From the NCBI GenBank assembly GCA_977017645.1, contig OZ360237.1:19158001-19222000 (forward strand): a stretch of DNA of 64,000 bases, in the 5' to 3' direction. Positions 1 through 13,080 of this stretch are shown here, piece after piece (positions within the stretch are counted from its first letter, which is position 1; every line of letters begins with the position of its first letter). Made by a program: the position numbers and the translations under genes. The stretch is from Torpedo marmorata (Eukaryota). Below the pieces are notes generated by a model that made no database searches, was not told the DNA's origin, and was given only the letters and a program-made list of their open reading frames with translations.

Positions 1-545
1 GCGCAGTTTTGGTTGCCGAATTACAGGAAGGATATAAACAGAATAGAGAGAGTGCAGAGGAGATTTACAAGAATGTTGCCTGGGCTTCTGGGTTTGAGTT
101 ATAGGGAAAGGTTGAACAGGCTGGGACTTTATTCCCTGGAGCATAGAAGGTTGAGGGGTGATTTGATAGAGGTATTTAAAATTATGAAGGGGAAAGATAG
201 AGTCAATGTGGACAGGCTTTTTCCATTGAGAGAGGGGAAGATTCAAACAAGAGGGCATGGATTGAGATTGAAGGGGGAAAAGTTTAGAGGAAATATGAGG
301 GGGAATTTCTTCGCTCAGAGGGTGGTGGGAGGGTGGAACGAGCTTCCGGCCAAAGTGGTAGATGCAGGTTCAATTTTAATGTTTAAGGAAAAGTTGGATA
401 GGTATATGGACGAGAGAGGTGTGGAGGGTTATGGGCCGGGTGCGGGTCAGTGGGACTAGGTGGGAGAATGTGTTCGGCATGGACTCGAAGGGCCGAACTG
501 GCCTGTTTCTGTGCTGTAAATGTTATATGGTTATATGGTTATATT
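1..545 (+). mobile_element. CR1 (HER1-like) LINE, 3' end
   Basis: ORF 13-459 has CR1 ORF2 C-terminal motifs (ERVQRRFTRM, LYSLEHRRLRGDLIEVFKI, TRGHGLRL, FFAQRVV..WN.LP). It is followed by a 3' UTR and a (GTTATATG)n tail. Confidence 0.92.
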
Positions 546-1325
546 TATTCTTTTTCCTTTTCTTCTCCATTATATCATGAGAACATTTGTTGAATTGTAA
601 GCTCCTGCACCTTTGATTGTAAAATGACTGACTTTTGCTGCCATTGATGCTTGAATGTAAATTACATATTTAATAGCTTTCCGTTTTATAACCATGAACC
701 AGTGGGCCTTCCATGATCCAAAGCCCATTAAATGGTGAAGATAGCCAATATGTAGTACCCACACTGTTGATGACACTCTTCAGCACAATAAAAATGATCT
801 GACCACAGGAGACACGCAGCATTGGTCTTTGCTTGAATGTCGTACCCATGAGGCCACTTTTTATAATATACAATGAGCTGTAAAATATCCTCTATTGTCG
901 TACAATGAGTGTTTTCTCTTCGAATTTTGACCTTTAAGAATCGTTGAGTCTAAATTTTGAATGCATCATGTCCATTGCATTTGCTTCTTTGGTGAACATT
1001 AATTATTTTTAATTACATTTTATGTGTATCACTACAGATTTCAAAGTCTTAAAATTACTCATGTGGTAAATGTAGATCTATTACTGCTGTTAAGGAAATC
1101 CCCACATTTCAGAAATGTCGGCAGCTGTCAGTAATTCCGACTGCTCTGCAGAGCTGGTGTCTGTATTGTAATGATAATCCTGAATATCTAAATTGACGCC
1201 AGTTTCTTCTGCCTTTTATATTAACTGAGGATCACCCCTTTCAAAGGTCTCATGGCATTATTTTGAAGAACAGGAAAGTTCTCCCTCTCCAATATTTATT
1301 GCTCTACCAACATGACAACAACAAA

Positions 1326-1515
1326 GATCAGAATCAGAATTTATTGTCATGAATGTGTCACAAAATTTGTTGTTTTGAGGCAGCATTACTGGTGCAAAAT
1401 TGCTGTAAATTACATGTTTAAATAAATAAATTAGTGCAAAAGAAGAGAAAGTGAGGTAGTGTCTGTGGTTCATTATTCATTCAGAAATCTGATGGCAGAG
1501 GGGAAGAAGCTGTTT
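1326..1515 (-). mobile_element. Rex1/Babar LINE 3' tail fragment
   Basis: Same tail (TGACAATAAATTCTGATTCTGA on -) as the copies at 9075 and 59941. Confidence 0.7.
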
Positions 1516-1769
1516 CTGAAGGGCTCAAGCCCGAAACGTTGGTTATGTATCTTTATCTTTGCTACCTAAAGTACACTGTTTGACCTGCTGAGTTTCTCCA
1601 GCATTATGTTTTTACTTATCATAATTTTGTTGTTGCAGTATCATATTGTATGTAACTTGGCTGCTGAATTTCCTACTTTACAAAAGTTTAATTCTACTTT
1701 ATTTGCTACAAAATATTTTGGAATGCCTTGACGTTGTGAAATAATGCAAGTATTTCTTTCTGCAGAGAT

Positions 1770-4130
1770 AGGAGAGTGCAGATGCTGGAATCTAGAGTAA
1801 AAAACAAACTGCTGGAGGGGTTCAGCAGGAATTGTTAACATTTCAGGATGAGCCCCTGTATCAGGACTTAGAGTGCAGAAGGAAGGTAGACAGTATATAG
1901 AGGAGAGTGGAAGAGGAGGGACTATAGGTAATAGGTGGACTGAGGAGGGGTGGTTTGATTGACAGGCAGAGGCAGGTGGGGGAGGGGAAGGTGGGAAGAC
2001 AAGAGTCAGGTGTGATAGGTGGAAGCAGGCAAAGAGGAAAATCAAGGAAATGTGAAGCCCAGTGGGGGAGAGGAGGGACAAGTGGAGATGGCTCCTGGAG
2101 AGTGAGAAGCAGGAACACAAAGGCTACCAGTGTTGGAAAAATAAGTGAGGTGATAATGGGAACCATTAGGGGAGAGGGGAAGGACAAATGGAACCAGATG
2201 GGAAGGAGTCTGATGGGTGAAATGTGTAGACAATACATGGATGAAATCAGGAGGGGGAAGGAGATGAAAATGGTGGAGCAAAAGGGGGGATGTAAAAGGA
2301 GACAATTAAAAAAAAAAATTAGACATACAGCACTGTAACTGGCCAATTCGGCCCTACGAGTCCGTGCCGCCCAATTTACACCCCATTAACCTACACCCCG
2401 GTACGTTTTTGAAGGGTGGAAGGAAACCGGAGCCCCCGGGGAAAACCCACGCAGACACGGGGAGAACATACAAACTCCTTACAGACAGCGCGGTCCGGTC
2501 CGGTCCCGATCGCTGGCGCTGTAAAGGCGTTGCGCTAATCGCTACGCCAACCACGCTGCCCTCTAACCAATATGGGAGGACTGGAGAGAAGAGAGAGAAA
2601 AAGAGCAACACAGGAGGAAAGAGTTATCTTCAATTGGAAAAGTGAGTGTTCATACTCTTGGGCTGTAGATTACTCAGGTGGAATACAAGGTGTTGTTCTC
2701 TAGTTTGCATTGGACCTTACTTTGACAGTGGAGAAGGCTGTGGGAATGGGAAGGCGACTTGAAATTGCATGTGACCAGAAGCTTGGAATGGCTATTGTGA
2801 ACAGTGCACAGATCTTCTGCAGATCAGTCACCAAGGTCTTGGTCTTGCTGATGTAGAGGAGGGTGTATCAGGAGGGCCAAATGCAGTAGGGAAAGTCAGA
2901 GAAGGTACTTATGAACCCTTGTCTTGGCTGGAAAGGCTGTTTAGGTTCCTGGAGGGTGGTGAGGGAGGAGGTGTAAGAACGAGTGTTGCATCTCCTGCAA
3001 ATGGAATATTGCCAGGGGTCAGAGATGGGTGGGTGGAGAGGGACGAATAGACTACGGATTCACAGAGGGTAGGGAGGGCTAGGTAGACCAGGGAGTTGCA
3101 GAAGCCATAGTCTCTGCAGAAGGCAGAGAAAAGGGTGGTAAAGGGAAGATATGGCTCGTGGTGGGATCCTGCTGCAGCTGACAGAAATAACAAAGAATGA
3201 TGTGCTGGATGTGGACGCTAGAAAGGTGTAAGGTGAGGGCTGGGGAACTCTTGTATCTGCTCTGTTTGAAGGGAGAGCGAGTGAAAGCAAAAGTCCGAGA
3301 ACTGGAGAGAGCGCTAACCAACACAGAAGAAGGGCATCTTTCCTGAAACAGGACGACCTTTCAGATGCCCAGGATGAGAGGGATCAACATGCAAGCAGAT
3401 GCAGCAGAGATGAGGAAAATGGGAGAAAGGGGTGGCTTCCTTACAAGAAACAGGGTGGGAAGCAGTAACTGTGGGAGTCAGTGGGTTTATAGTAAATGTC
3501 AGTGCATAGTTTGTCTCCTGAAATGGAGGCAGAGTGATCCAGAAAAGGAAGATAACGATTAGTAATTGAATTTGAGGGCAGAATAGACGTTAGTTGCAAA
3601 GGTGATGAAGTTGATGAGTTCCACACACGTGCAGGAAGCAGTACCGATGCAATTATTGATGTAACAATGAAAGAGTTGGGGAATGGTACCAGTTTGGAAC
3701 AAGGAATGGTTTATGTAAGTAATGAAAAGACAGGCATAGCTAGAACTCAAGAGAAGATCCATGGTTGCAGCTCTGATTAGTCTGGAGTGAAAAGACCAAA
3801 AAGGAAGCTTTTCAGGGCAAGAACAAGTTCTGCCAAGTGGATGAGATTATTGGTGGAGGGGAACGGATTTGATCTTTGTTGCAGAAAGCAGCAGTGTACT
3901 TAAATATATTCCTGATGGTGGGTTGAGGTTTTTAAAGGATGGACATCCATAATGAAGATGAGGTGGTGGGGGCCAGGGATTTGAAAGTTGTGAAAACTGT
4001 GAAGGACATGTGAGGTTTCCCAGATGTAGGTGGGAAGGAACTGGACAATGGAAAACAGGATTGAGCTAAGGCATGAGAAGACGATTTTCCTGAGGCACAG
4101 GAGACTGTGGATGTTAGAATTCTGATCGTA
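1770..4130 (-). mobile_element. Degenerate Penelope-like retroelement (RT + GIY-YIG endonuclease + pseudo-LTR)
   Basis: Minus-strand remnants: LPFLDHSASISGDKLCTDIYYKPTDSHSY (PLE RT C-terminal region, ~3470-3560) and YCIW..LLYISKTK (decayed GIY-YIG, ~2830-2890). A pLTR with a degenerate hammerhead core lies at ~1835-1865. A V-SINE interrupts the element. Confidence 0.8.
2319..2561 (-). mobile_element. tRNA-derived V-SINE (HE1-like)
   Basis: tRNA-like head, V-domain TTCTCCCCGTGTCTGCGTGGGTTT.CCCGGG.GCTCCGGTTTCC, and a CR1-like tail. Confidence 0.88.
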
Positions 4131-5118
4131 AAACATTTGATCAGAGAGGTAGATATTGAGGGTTGTTATTTATAGAACAAGACACATTCAGGAATCCATT
4201 GCAAAGGCCAAAACCTTCTCTAATAGTCTCCAGGTGGATGGATTATGTGGTGACAGAAATCTATGCTGGAGCAGTGATATGAGCAATAGAATTGTTTTTA
4301 CTCCACACAAGCAAGGGAACATTAATCAAAACTGGTGCAGAATCACTCATTTGTTTAGGATTTCGGATTGAACAACATCAATTTACATTTATATTGTAAC
4401 TTTAATACAGAAAGATCTCCCAAGGTACTTAACAATGGAGTTTGGGTCTTGGGTCTTGGTCAAAGTAATTGGTTTAAATGAAGGCCTTAATGATAGTGTG
4501 CAGCCCTGTATTGAACAATGAAGGGAACCAACTTACAACAGTATCCTGAATAGGAGTAGTTCTTCTTCGATACCTTTAGTAAATTGACCTGTTACATTAC
4601 ATGTATGAGGATTGGAAAAACAATTTTAGTGTTGCATGCTGAAGCATTGACGACTTTCCATTTTTGTTGATTACTACTGCTTTGGAATATAGCTCCCTGG
4701 AATGTGATTTGCAGCTTTTGATGGAAAATTAAGGCTATAATGGCAGTCAGTAAACAAGATAAAGGTTGTTAACTGAAAAATAATATATCCTGTTTTAGAG
4801 TTTAACGTAATGAGAGTGCCACGTGAATTATGGGGTTGCACCTCAATTAGATTCTGATGGTATCACACAAATGGTTATCTATTTAGGGTATAATATATAG
4901 TTTGTTTTGTTTTGGATTTTTGTGAGGAGAGTCTTACTATGAATGTTGGTGAGCCTTCAATAGATTATAGAACCCAGGATCTGAATATATAACTTAGATA
5001 TGACTGTTTTTCCAATGTAACGTTTGCTTCCAACAGTGATGGATTCTCTTAAAAACACAAATGCTGGAGAAACTCAGCAGGTCAAACAGTGTCTTTTATG
5101 TAGCAAAGGTAGAAATAA

Positions 5119-5157
5119 ATAACCGACGTTTCGGGCTTGAGCCCTTCATCAAAGTAT
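5119..5157 (-). ncRNA. Minimal type-I hammerhead ribozyme motif (PLE pLTR)
   Basis: On -: ATACT-TTGATGA-A-GGGC TCAA GCCC-GAAACGTC-GGTTAT. Core UGAUGA/GAAA, 4-bp stem II, palindromic ACGT helix III, GUC site; C3 is replaced by U. Confidence 0.7.
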
Positions 5158-5560
5158 GATGAGAAAATGCCGGCAGGCGTCCGAACAAAAGAGTGAGGGG
5201 GGGAAGGGGGAGGTGGCAAAGGCAGGAGATGATAGGTGGAGAAAGGAGGGAGGGGACAGCAGCAAAGAGGGGGAGGAGGGATGGCTGGGTGGGTGGAAAA
5301 AAAACTGGGAGGACAGGGAAGGGGGGAGGGGAAGGAAAAGGCAAGCAGGTTTAGTGGAAAGCAGAAAAGTCAATGTTAATGCCATCTGGCTAGAGAATGC
5401 CCAGACGGAAAAACACAGTATTTTTTCCACCCACCCAGCCATCCCTCCTCCCGCTCTTTGCTGCTGTCCCCTCCCTCCTTTCTCCACCTATCATCTCCTG
5501 CCTTTGCCACCCCCCTTCCCCCCCTCACTCTTTTGTTTGGACGCCTGCCGGCATTTTCTC

Positions 5561-5599
5561 ATACTTTGATGAAGGGTTCAAGCCCGAAACGTCGGTTAT
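5561..5599 (+). ncRNA. Minimal type-I hammerhead ribozyme motif (PLE pLTR)
   Basis: ATACT-TTGATGA-A-GGGT TCAA GCCC-GAAACGTC-GGTTAT, the same architecture as 5119-5157. Confidence 0.7.
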
Positions 5600-5998
5600 G
5601 TATTTCTATCTTTGCTACATAAAAGACACTGTTTGACCAGCTGAGTTTCTCCAGCATTTGTGTTTTTAACTTCAACCACGGTGTCCACAGATTTTCGTGA
5701 TTTACTAGTGATGGATTCTCTGCAGTGTGCACAGCAAAACCCATATTTTTCTCTCCAGCTGGTGTGCCCCCACCTTTTGCTGAGGTCCACATGTAAAAGG
5801 TGCCAAATAGAGTCCAAGAGCTATTAAGTCATACATCATGAAAACATGTTGAACAAGGTGCCTAACTAAGCTTGTCCCATTTGACTGCTTTTGGCACATA
5901 TCCTTCTAAACCTTTCCTATACATGTACCTGTCCACCTATCTATTAAATATTGTAACTGTACCTACCCCGATAGGTCCCTCTGGCTGCTTTTTTAAAA

Positions 5999-6248
5999 AT
6001 TTAGACATACAGCACTGTAACAGGCCAATTCGGCCCTACGAGTCCGTGCCACCCACTTTACACCCCATTAACCTACACCCTGGTACGTTTTTGAAGGGTG
6101 AGAGGAAACTGGAGCCCCCGGAGAAAACCCACGCAGACACGGGGAGAACGTACAAACTCCTTACAGACAGCGCGGGATTCGAACCCAGGTCCGGTCCCGA
6201 TCGCTGGCGCTGTAAAGGCGTTGCGCTAACCGCTACGCCAACCGTGCT
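5999..6248 (-). mobile_element. V-SINE (HE1-like)
   Basis: Box B GGTTCGAATCC on -, V-domain and CR1-like tail; near-identical to the other copies. Confidence 0.9.
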
Positions 6249-6474
6249 TGTTCTATATATTCACCACGCTCTGTGTGAAAAGTTGCCCCTGTATTCTCTC
6301 CTTAGTTCTCATTTTCCCTTAATGTACTTGTAGAATCTCAAGGACTCTCCTTGACCTCATCTGCCAAAATTATCTCATGTCTCCTTTTTTGCCCTCCTGC
6401 TTTCCCTCTTGAGTGTAATCATCCTTATACGCCTTAAGGCATACATTTCACCCCAGCTGCCTTTACACACATTG

Positions 6475-8289
6475 CACCCGACAGCTGTGGCCATAACCAT
6501 AACCTGCTACAAAACCAAATCCGGTGAAGTAGCAGACGGCTAAGGTTTGCTCCCAGAGGAACTCAATGCCTTCTACGCCCGATTTGACGACAGTAACAGT
6601 GAAGAACCACCTCTCCGTACCCCCACGTCCCTTGATGATCCCATCCTGTCCGTATCTGAGTATGATGTGCGTGCTGTCTTCAGGAGAGTGAATCCGAGGA
6701 AAGCATCCGGCCCAGACGGAGTACCTGGCTGACTATTAAAAATCTGTGCTGACCAACTTACCAATGTATTCACGGATATCTTCAATATCTCACTCCAGCA
6801 GGACGTGGTACCCACATGTTTTAAACAGGCGTCAATCATACTGGTGCCCAAGAAGAGTGTAGTAACCTGCCTTAATGACTATCGGCCAATAGCACTTACA
6901 TTAACAGTGATGAAGTGTTTTGAAAGGCTGGTGTTGAAGCACATCCGATCCTGTCTGAGCGGCGACATGGATATGTTCTAGTTCGCTTATCGTAGCAACA
7001 GGTCTACGGCGGATGCCATCTCACTGGCTCTACACAAAGCCCTGGAACACCTGGACAGTAACGATGCATTCATCAGGATGCTCTTTATCGACTACATTTC
7101 AACATTTAACACCATCATCCCCTCAAACCTGATCAGTAAACTCCAAGACCTGGGTCTCAACACCCCACTGTGTAATTGGATCATGGATTCCCTCACCTCC
7201 AGACCACAATCAGTGAGGATTGGCAGGAACTTCTCCTCCACAATCTCCATCAGTACCGGAGCACCACTGGGCTGTGTTCTTAGCCCACTGCTCTACTCAC
7301 TTTACACCTACGACTGTGTGGCTCGGTACGACAATAAAACAATCTACAAATTTGCCAACGATACCACTGTAGTGGGTTGTATAAATAAAGGTGATGAATC
7401 AGCATACAGGAGGGAGATTGAAAACTTGGCTGAATGGTGCACCAACAACAACCTTGCACTCAATGTCACCAAAACTAAGGAGCTGATTGTTGACTTCAGG
7501 AAGGGAAAGCCAGAGGTATAAAATCCAGTGATCATTGGGGGATCATAGGTGGAGAGGGTGAGCAAATTTAAGTTCTTGGGAGTCACTATCTCGGAGGATC
7601 TTTCCTGGACCCAACGCACTAATGGCATCGTGAAGAAAGTACGTCAATGCCTCTACTTCCTCAGGAGTTTGCGGAGGTTTGGTATGACACCAGAAACCCT
7701 GGCAAATTTCTACAGAGGTGTGGTGGAAAGTGTGCTGACTGGCTGCATCACAGACTGGTATGGGGACACCAATATCCCTGAGCGTAAAGCCCTCCAATAG
7801 GTAGTGGACACAGCCCAGGACAACACAGGCAAAGCCCTCCCCACTATCGAGAACATCTACAGGGAACTCTGCTGTTGGAGAGCAGTAGCCATCATCAAGG
7901 ATCCACACCACCCAGCACACACTCTGTTCTTGCTGCTGCCATCAGGAAAGAGGTACTGTATAGGTGCCATAAGACTTGAACAGGAACAGCTGCTACCCCT
8001 CCACCATCAGACTCCTCAACAACAAACTCAATCAGGGACTCACTTATGGACTCTTACTTGTGCAGTATATTGTTTATTTTTATTCTCTCTGTATTGCACG
8101 GTCAGTTTGTTTACATTTGTTATCTGTTTACAGTTCTTTATTTGTTTTTTTTGTATACACTGTGTACAGTTTTTTTTGCACTACCAATAAGTGGTAATTC
8201 TGCCTCGCCCGCAGAAAAAGAATCTGAGTTGTATGTGATGTCATGTATGCACTCTGACAATAAATCTGACATCTGAAAATCTGAAATCT
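6475..8289 (+). mobile_element. Rex1/Babar LINE, 5'-truncated and degenerate
   Basis: RT motifs [53 protein letters not shown] and FKFLGVTISEDLSW, with stops; (ATCTGA)n tail. Confidence 0.9.
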
Positions 8290-8619
8290 CTACCTCACAT
8301 ATGCCTCATTTTTCTTGATCAGTGCCGCAATATCTCTTGTCTTACAGGGTTCCCTGCCAGCCTTGCCCTTCACATGCTGTCCCTGAACTCTTGCTATCTC
8401 ACATAAAAAGTCTCCCACTTGCCAGATGCTTTTTCACCTGTAAACAGCCTCTCCCAATCAGCCGCTGCAAGTTCCTGTGTAATACCATTAATGTTGGCCT
8501 TGCCCCATTCAGGACTTCAACTCGTGGACCAGTCCAATTTTTTTCCACAACTATTTAAAAATGACTGGAGTTATGGCTACTGGTTCTAAAGTGCTCCTGA
8601 CTGATACTTTAGTCACTTG

Positions 8620-9072
8620 CCAGCCTTTTGTCCCCAAGAAGAGGTCGAGTGTTGCCCCGCTCTCTATTCAGGCCAAATACATAATGCTTCAGAAAACTTT
8701 TCTGAGCACACTTAGCAAATTCTACTCCATCCAAAGCCCTTAGCGCTATGTCACTCCCAGTTGATATTTGGGAAGTTAAAATTCCCTAATATTATAACCC
8801 TATTATTCTTGCTGCTATTTGTAATCCCTCCTCTTGTTCCTGCTGACTATTGGGGGGCCTATAATACAATCCCAACGATGTGATCACCCTCTTCTTATTC
8901 CTCATTTCCACCCTTGTAGCCTTACTGGACGATCCCCCAGGAATATTCTTTCGAAGTACTGCTCTGTTGTATTTCCTAATTAAAAATTTAACTTTTCCTG
9001 CTCTCATACCACCACCACTATTACGTCTGTAGCATCGATACCCTGGTGGATTGAGCTGCCAGTCATGACCCT
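8620..9072 (-). mobile_element. CR1 LINE endonuclease fragment
   Basis: EGHDWQLNPPGYRCYRR…LGLYYRPPNSQ is typical of the CR1 APE domain. Confidence 0.7.
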
Positions 9073-9074
9073 CC

Positions 9075-10051
9075 GAATCAGAATTTATTGTCATGAACAA
9101 GTCATGAAATTCGGTGTTTTGCGGCAGCATCATAGTGCAATTAACATTCATATTAACCATCTAACGACATTACTATAAAAAATATATATATATAAATAAT
9201 AGTGCACGAAAAGTAAGGCAGTGTCTTTGGTTCATTGATTATTCAGGAATCTGATGGCAGCGGGGAAGAAGCTGTCCTTGTGCCTTCGAGTGCTCGTCTT
9301 TAGGCTCCTGTACCTTTTCCCCGATGGTAGCAGAGTGAAGAGGGCATGGTCTGGGTGGTGGGGGTCTTTGAGGATAGAGGCTGCTTTTTTAAGACACTGC
9401 CTCATGTAGATGTCCTCGATGGAGTGAAGTCTGGTGCCTGTGATGTCACAGGCCGAGTTAACAACCCTCTGGAGTTTATTCTTGTCCTGAGAGTTGGCGC
9501 CTCCATACCAGACAGTGGTGCAACCAGCCAGAATGCTCTCCACGGTACACCTGTAGAAGTTTACGAGAGTCTTCGGTGACATACCGAATCTGCTCAGACA
9601 CCTCACAAAGTATAGCCGCTGGCGAGCCTTCTTTGTGATTGCATTAACGTGGAGGCTCCAGGACAGATCCTCGGAGATGTTGTCACCCAGGAATTTGAAG
9701 TTCTTGACCCTGTCCACTACAGAGCCCTCGATGAGGACTGGGTCATGTTCCCCTGACTTCCTCCTGAAGTCCACAATCATCTCCTTGGTTTTGCTGACGT
9801 TGAGCGCAAGGTTGTTTTCGTTACACCATTCAACGAGCTGATCTATCTCCCTCCTGTACGCTTCCTCATTGCCGTTTGTGATTCTGCCAACAACTGTGAT
9901 GTCATCAGCAAATTTGTAGCTAGCATTGGAATTGTGCCTGGGTGTATAACGAGTAGAGCAGTGGGCTAAGCACGGATCCTTGGGGTGCATCTGTGTTGAT
10001 AATCAGTGAGGATGAAATGTTGTTTCCAATTCGTACTGACTGTGGTCCCAC
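9075..10051 (-). mobile_element. Rex1/Babar LINE 3' fragment
   Basis: ORF 9232-9990 (YKFADDITVVG…KKARQRLYF…[13 protein letters not shown]); near-identical to the 59941 copy. Confidence 0.92.
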
Positions 10052-10211
10052 CATGTTTCTGCAATAGTTAATATATACCAGTCTTGTGTACCTGTTCAGA
10101 TCCTGACTCTTATTCCTGAACATGCAGGTATTTATGTGGGTAGGCACCAGTTAACTTCTGGCATTTACATGGAAAGTGACATTTATCACTAGTTGATATT
10201 TATCACCTGGA

Positions 10212-10735
10212 TGCCTCATAGTCTGGTATGGGGACACCAATACCCCTGAGCATAAAGCGCTGTAAAAGGTAGTTGGACACAGCCCAGGATATCACAGGCA
10301 AAACCCTCCCCACCAACGGGAACATCTACAGGGAATGTTGCCATCAGAAAGCAGCAGCAATCATCAAGGATCCACACCACCCAGCATACGCTTGGTTCTC
10401 GCTGCTACCATCAGGAAAGGGGTATAGGTGGCACAATTCGCGCACCATCAGGTTCAGGAACAGCTGCTACCCCTCCACCATCAGACTCCTCAGCAACAAA
10501 CTCAATCAGGGACTCATTTAAGGACTCTTACTTTTGCACTTTATTGATTGTTTTTTTGTGCTCTGTATTGCACAATCAGTTTGTTTACATTTCTTTATTT
10601 GTTTACATATGTATGTTGAGTACTGGTTTTTTTTGCACTATAAATGGTAATTCTGCCTCGCCCGCAGGAAAAAGAATCTCAGGATTGTATGTGATGTCAT
10701 GTACTGCATGTACTCTGGCAATAATTCTGAAATTT
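10212..10735 (+). mobile_element. Rex1/Babar LINE 3' fragment (same subfamily as 6475-8289)
   Basis: IIKDPHHPA..FSLLPSGK…RNSCYPSTIRLL plus a matching 3' UTR. Confidence 0.85.
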
Positions 10736-12104
10736 ATAGGTATGTGCTGGTTAACTGCTGGTATTTACATGGGTATGTGCCAGTTAAATTCTGGCATTTA
10801 TGTGAGTTTGTGCTGCTTAACTCCTGGCATTGACCAGCAAATTCCAGAATATGAATATTATAGAAACCAGAAAAAGGCAGATCTTAATTTGCAGTGATGT
10901 GCAGTTTTCCAGAGCAGCTTCTGTACTCATTTGACAGGACTGGGTTAAACAGAATTTCATCCAACAGTTCAGGAAATGATTTTACCTCCATGTCTCTGGT
11001 TATTCAAGGTGTTATTGACAAATAACCAATTAGACTAACTCATTGCTGAATTAGATGTGATTGCTGTAATTTTTTTACCAATTAGCTCATGTAATCCTCA
11101 TGCCAGTACCCTCTTTTGAGTCTTTTCAGCTCAGCTCTTCAAACCGCTGCCACACCTCTGTATGTGGACTTGTTAGCCACTCGATTTAACATAAAATCAG
11201 GACATACGGTAATACGTAAAAAATAAGAAAAATCCAATTGACCCCTCTTGCCTCCTGTACTATTCAATAAGGTCATGGCTAATATTTTACCTTGGACATT
11301 TCCTCCTTAACTGCATATCCCTGGTTATCTTACTATTGAGAAACCTGTTGATCTCTGTCTTGAATTTATTCAGTGAGTAAATCTACTTTTTTGTGTATAG
11401 AATTCTAAAGATTCACTTCTGGGGTGAAGAAATTTCTCCTTACCTTACCTTGACTGACTCCTTATTTTGACGGTCCTCTTATATTTCAGATCCTGTAAAA
11501 GGTCCATATGTTTCAATAAGATCCCCCTTTGAAATTCAGGAGAGTGTTGGACTCATTTGCTTTTTGGGCTATACCTGTATCCCCATCTCAAGAATTAATC
11601 TTGTGAACCTTTGCTTCACTCCATCTGAAAATGATACCTGTACACAATGTTCCTGGTCTCACAATCAAGTTGTAACAAGATGTCTTTGTTGTTCTCAAAT
11701 CGTCGTGCAATAAAGGCTAACATATTTGCCTTTCTAATTGTTTGCTGAACCAGCATGTTAACTTTCAGTGAATTTTGTAAAGGGACCACTAGGTCTCATC
11801 ATTTAAAAAAAAAAGTTATTCCCAACAACATTCACTTCATGTATGAATCATAAAGTGAACCATAGAAAGTCCATAAAACGTTTGACATGCTATTATTCAG
11901 TAATTAGGCTGTTGGTATTGTATTAAAGTGGTTCTGGGTGACTGATAATATTGCTCGGTTACATTTATTATTATAGTAGAATAACTGGACTATCCCAGTT
12001 TTTTCTGCAGAATACACAGCCACTCTGAACTTGGTGTCATTTGCCAATTTGCTGAACTTGCATTAAGCTGCAGAATCCTAGAAGGGCGCACAGTATTGAT
12101 CAAA

Positions 12105-12586
12105 CTTGTAACACCGTGGAGAGCATTCTGGCTGGTTGCATCACTGCCTGGTATGGAGGCGCCAACTCTCAGGACAAGAGTAAACTCCAGAGGGTTGTTA
12201 ACTCGGCCTGTGACATCACAGGCACCAAATTCACTCCATTGAGGACATCTATATGAGGCGGTGTCTTAAAAAAGCAGCCTCTATCCTCAAAGACCCCCAC
12301 CACCCAGGCCATGCCCTCTTCACTCTGCTTCCATCGGGAAAAAGGTACAGGAGCCTAAAGATGAGCACTCAACGGCACAAGGACAACTTCTTCCCCGCTG
12401 CCATCAGATTCCTGAATAATCAATGAACCAAAGACACTGCCTTACTTTTCGTGCACTATTGTTTATAATTTTTTTATAGTAATGTCGTAAGATGGTTAAT
12501 ATGAATGTTAATTGCACTATGATGCTGCCGCAAAACACCGAATTTCATGACTTGTACATGACAATAAATTCTGATTCTGATTCTGA
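12105..12586 (+). mobile_element. Rex1/Babar LINE 3' fragment
   Basis: Reverse complement of 9075-9545; ends in (ATTCTG)3. Confidence 0.9.
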
Positions 12587-13080
12587 CTTTTCTGTACAAT
12601 TTAATACCCCTGCATTTCTTTTCAGGATTTGTAAATTTCATTGGGAAGTTTTGTTTAAACTCCAATTAATGTGTTTATTCTATGTTTTTATGTCTTCATT
12701 ATGTATTTAGCTTGGTTGGTATTATCTCTTTAAAGGACCTACATACCATTTGGCAAGAGCCAAAGGTACCATGAGGTTTTGTTTTCAGGCCGAGAGGGTT
12801 GAAAATAGTTTTAATTGTATGTTCAGAAAGAGAATATAAAAAAAAACAAAGGAGGAAGTTGCAGGACTTTGAAGAAAGGGGGGTTAACCAAATTTAACAG
12901 CTTTTTCAGAGAGGTGAATAAAAAGTTTGCAGATGTTGGGATCTAGTGCAGTACCCAGATGTTCTGGAGAAGTTTGCAGATGGGATCTAGTGCAGTATGC
13001 AGATGTGCTGGAGAAATTCAGCAGGCCCTGCAGCATCCATAGAAAGCAAAAGGCAGTCTGGCCTCAACCCTTCTTCAGGT

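Larger units (their letters stand above)
5050..5706. mobile_element. Penelope-derived non-autonomous insertion with inverted pseudo-LTRs and two hammerhead motifs
   Basis: Left arm 5050-5420 (-) and right arm 5421-5706 (+) share ~250 bp in inverted orientation. 15-bp TSD AGTGATGGATTCTCT at 5035-5049 and 5707-5721. Confidence 0.85.

Noticed and set aside
1641-2346. Overlapping 127-161 aa ORFs
   Set aside because: Low-complexity purine/pyrimidine-skewed Penelope 3' region with no protein motifs.
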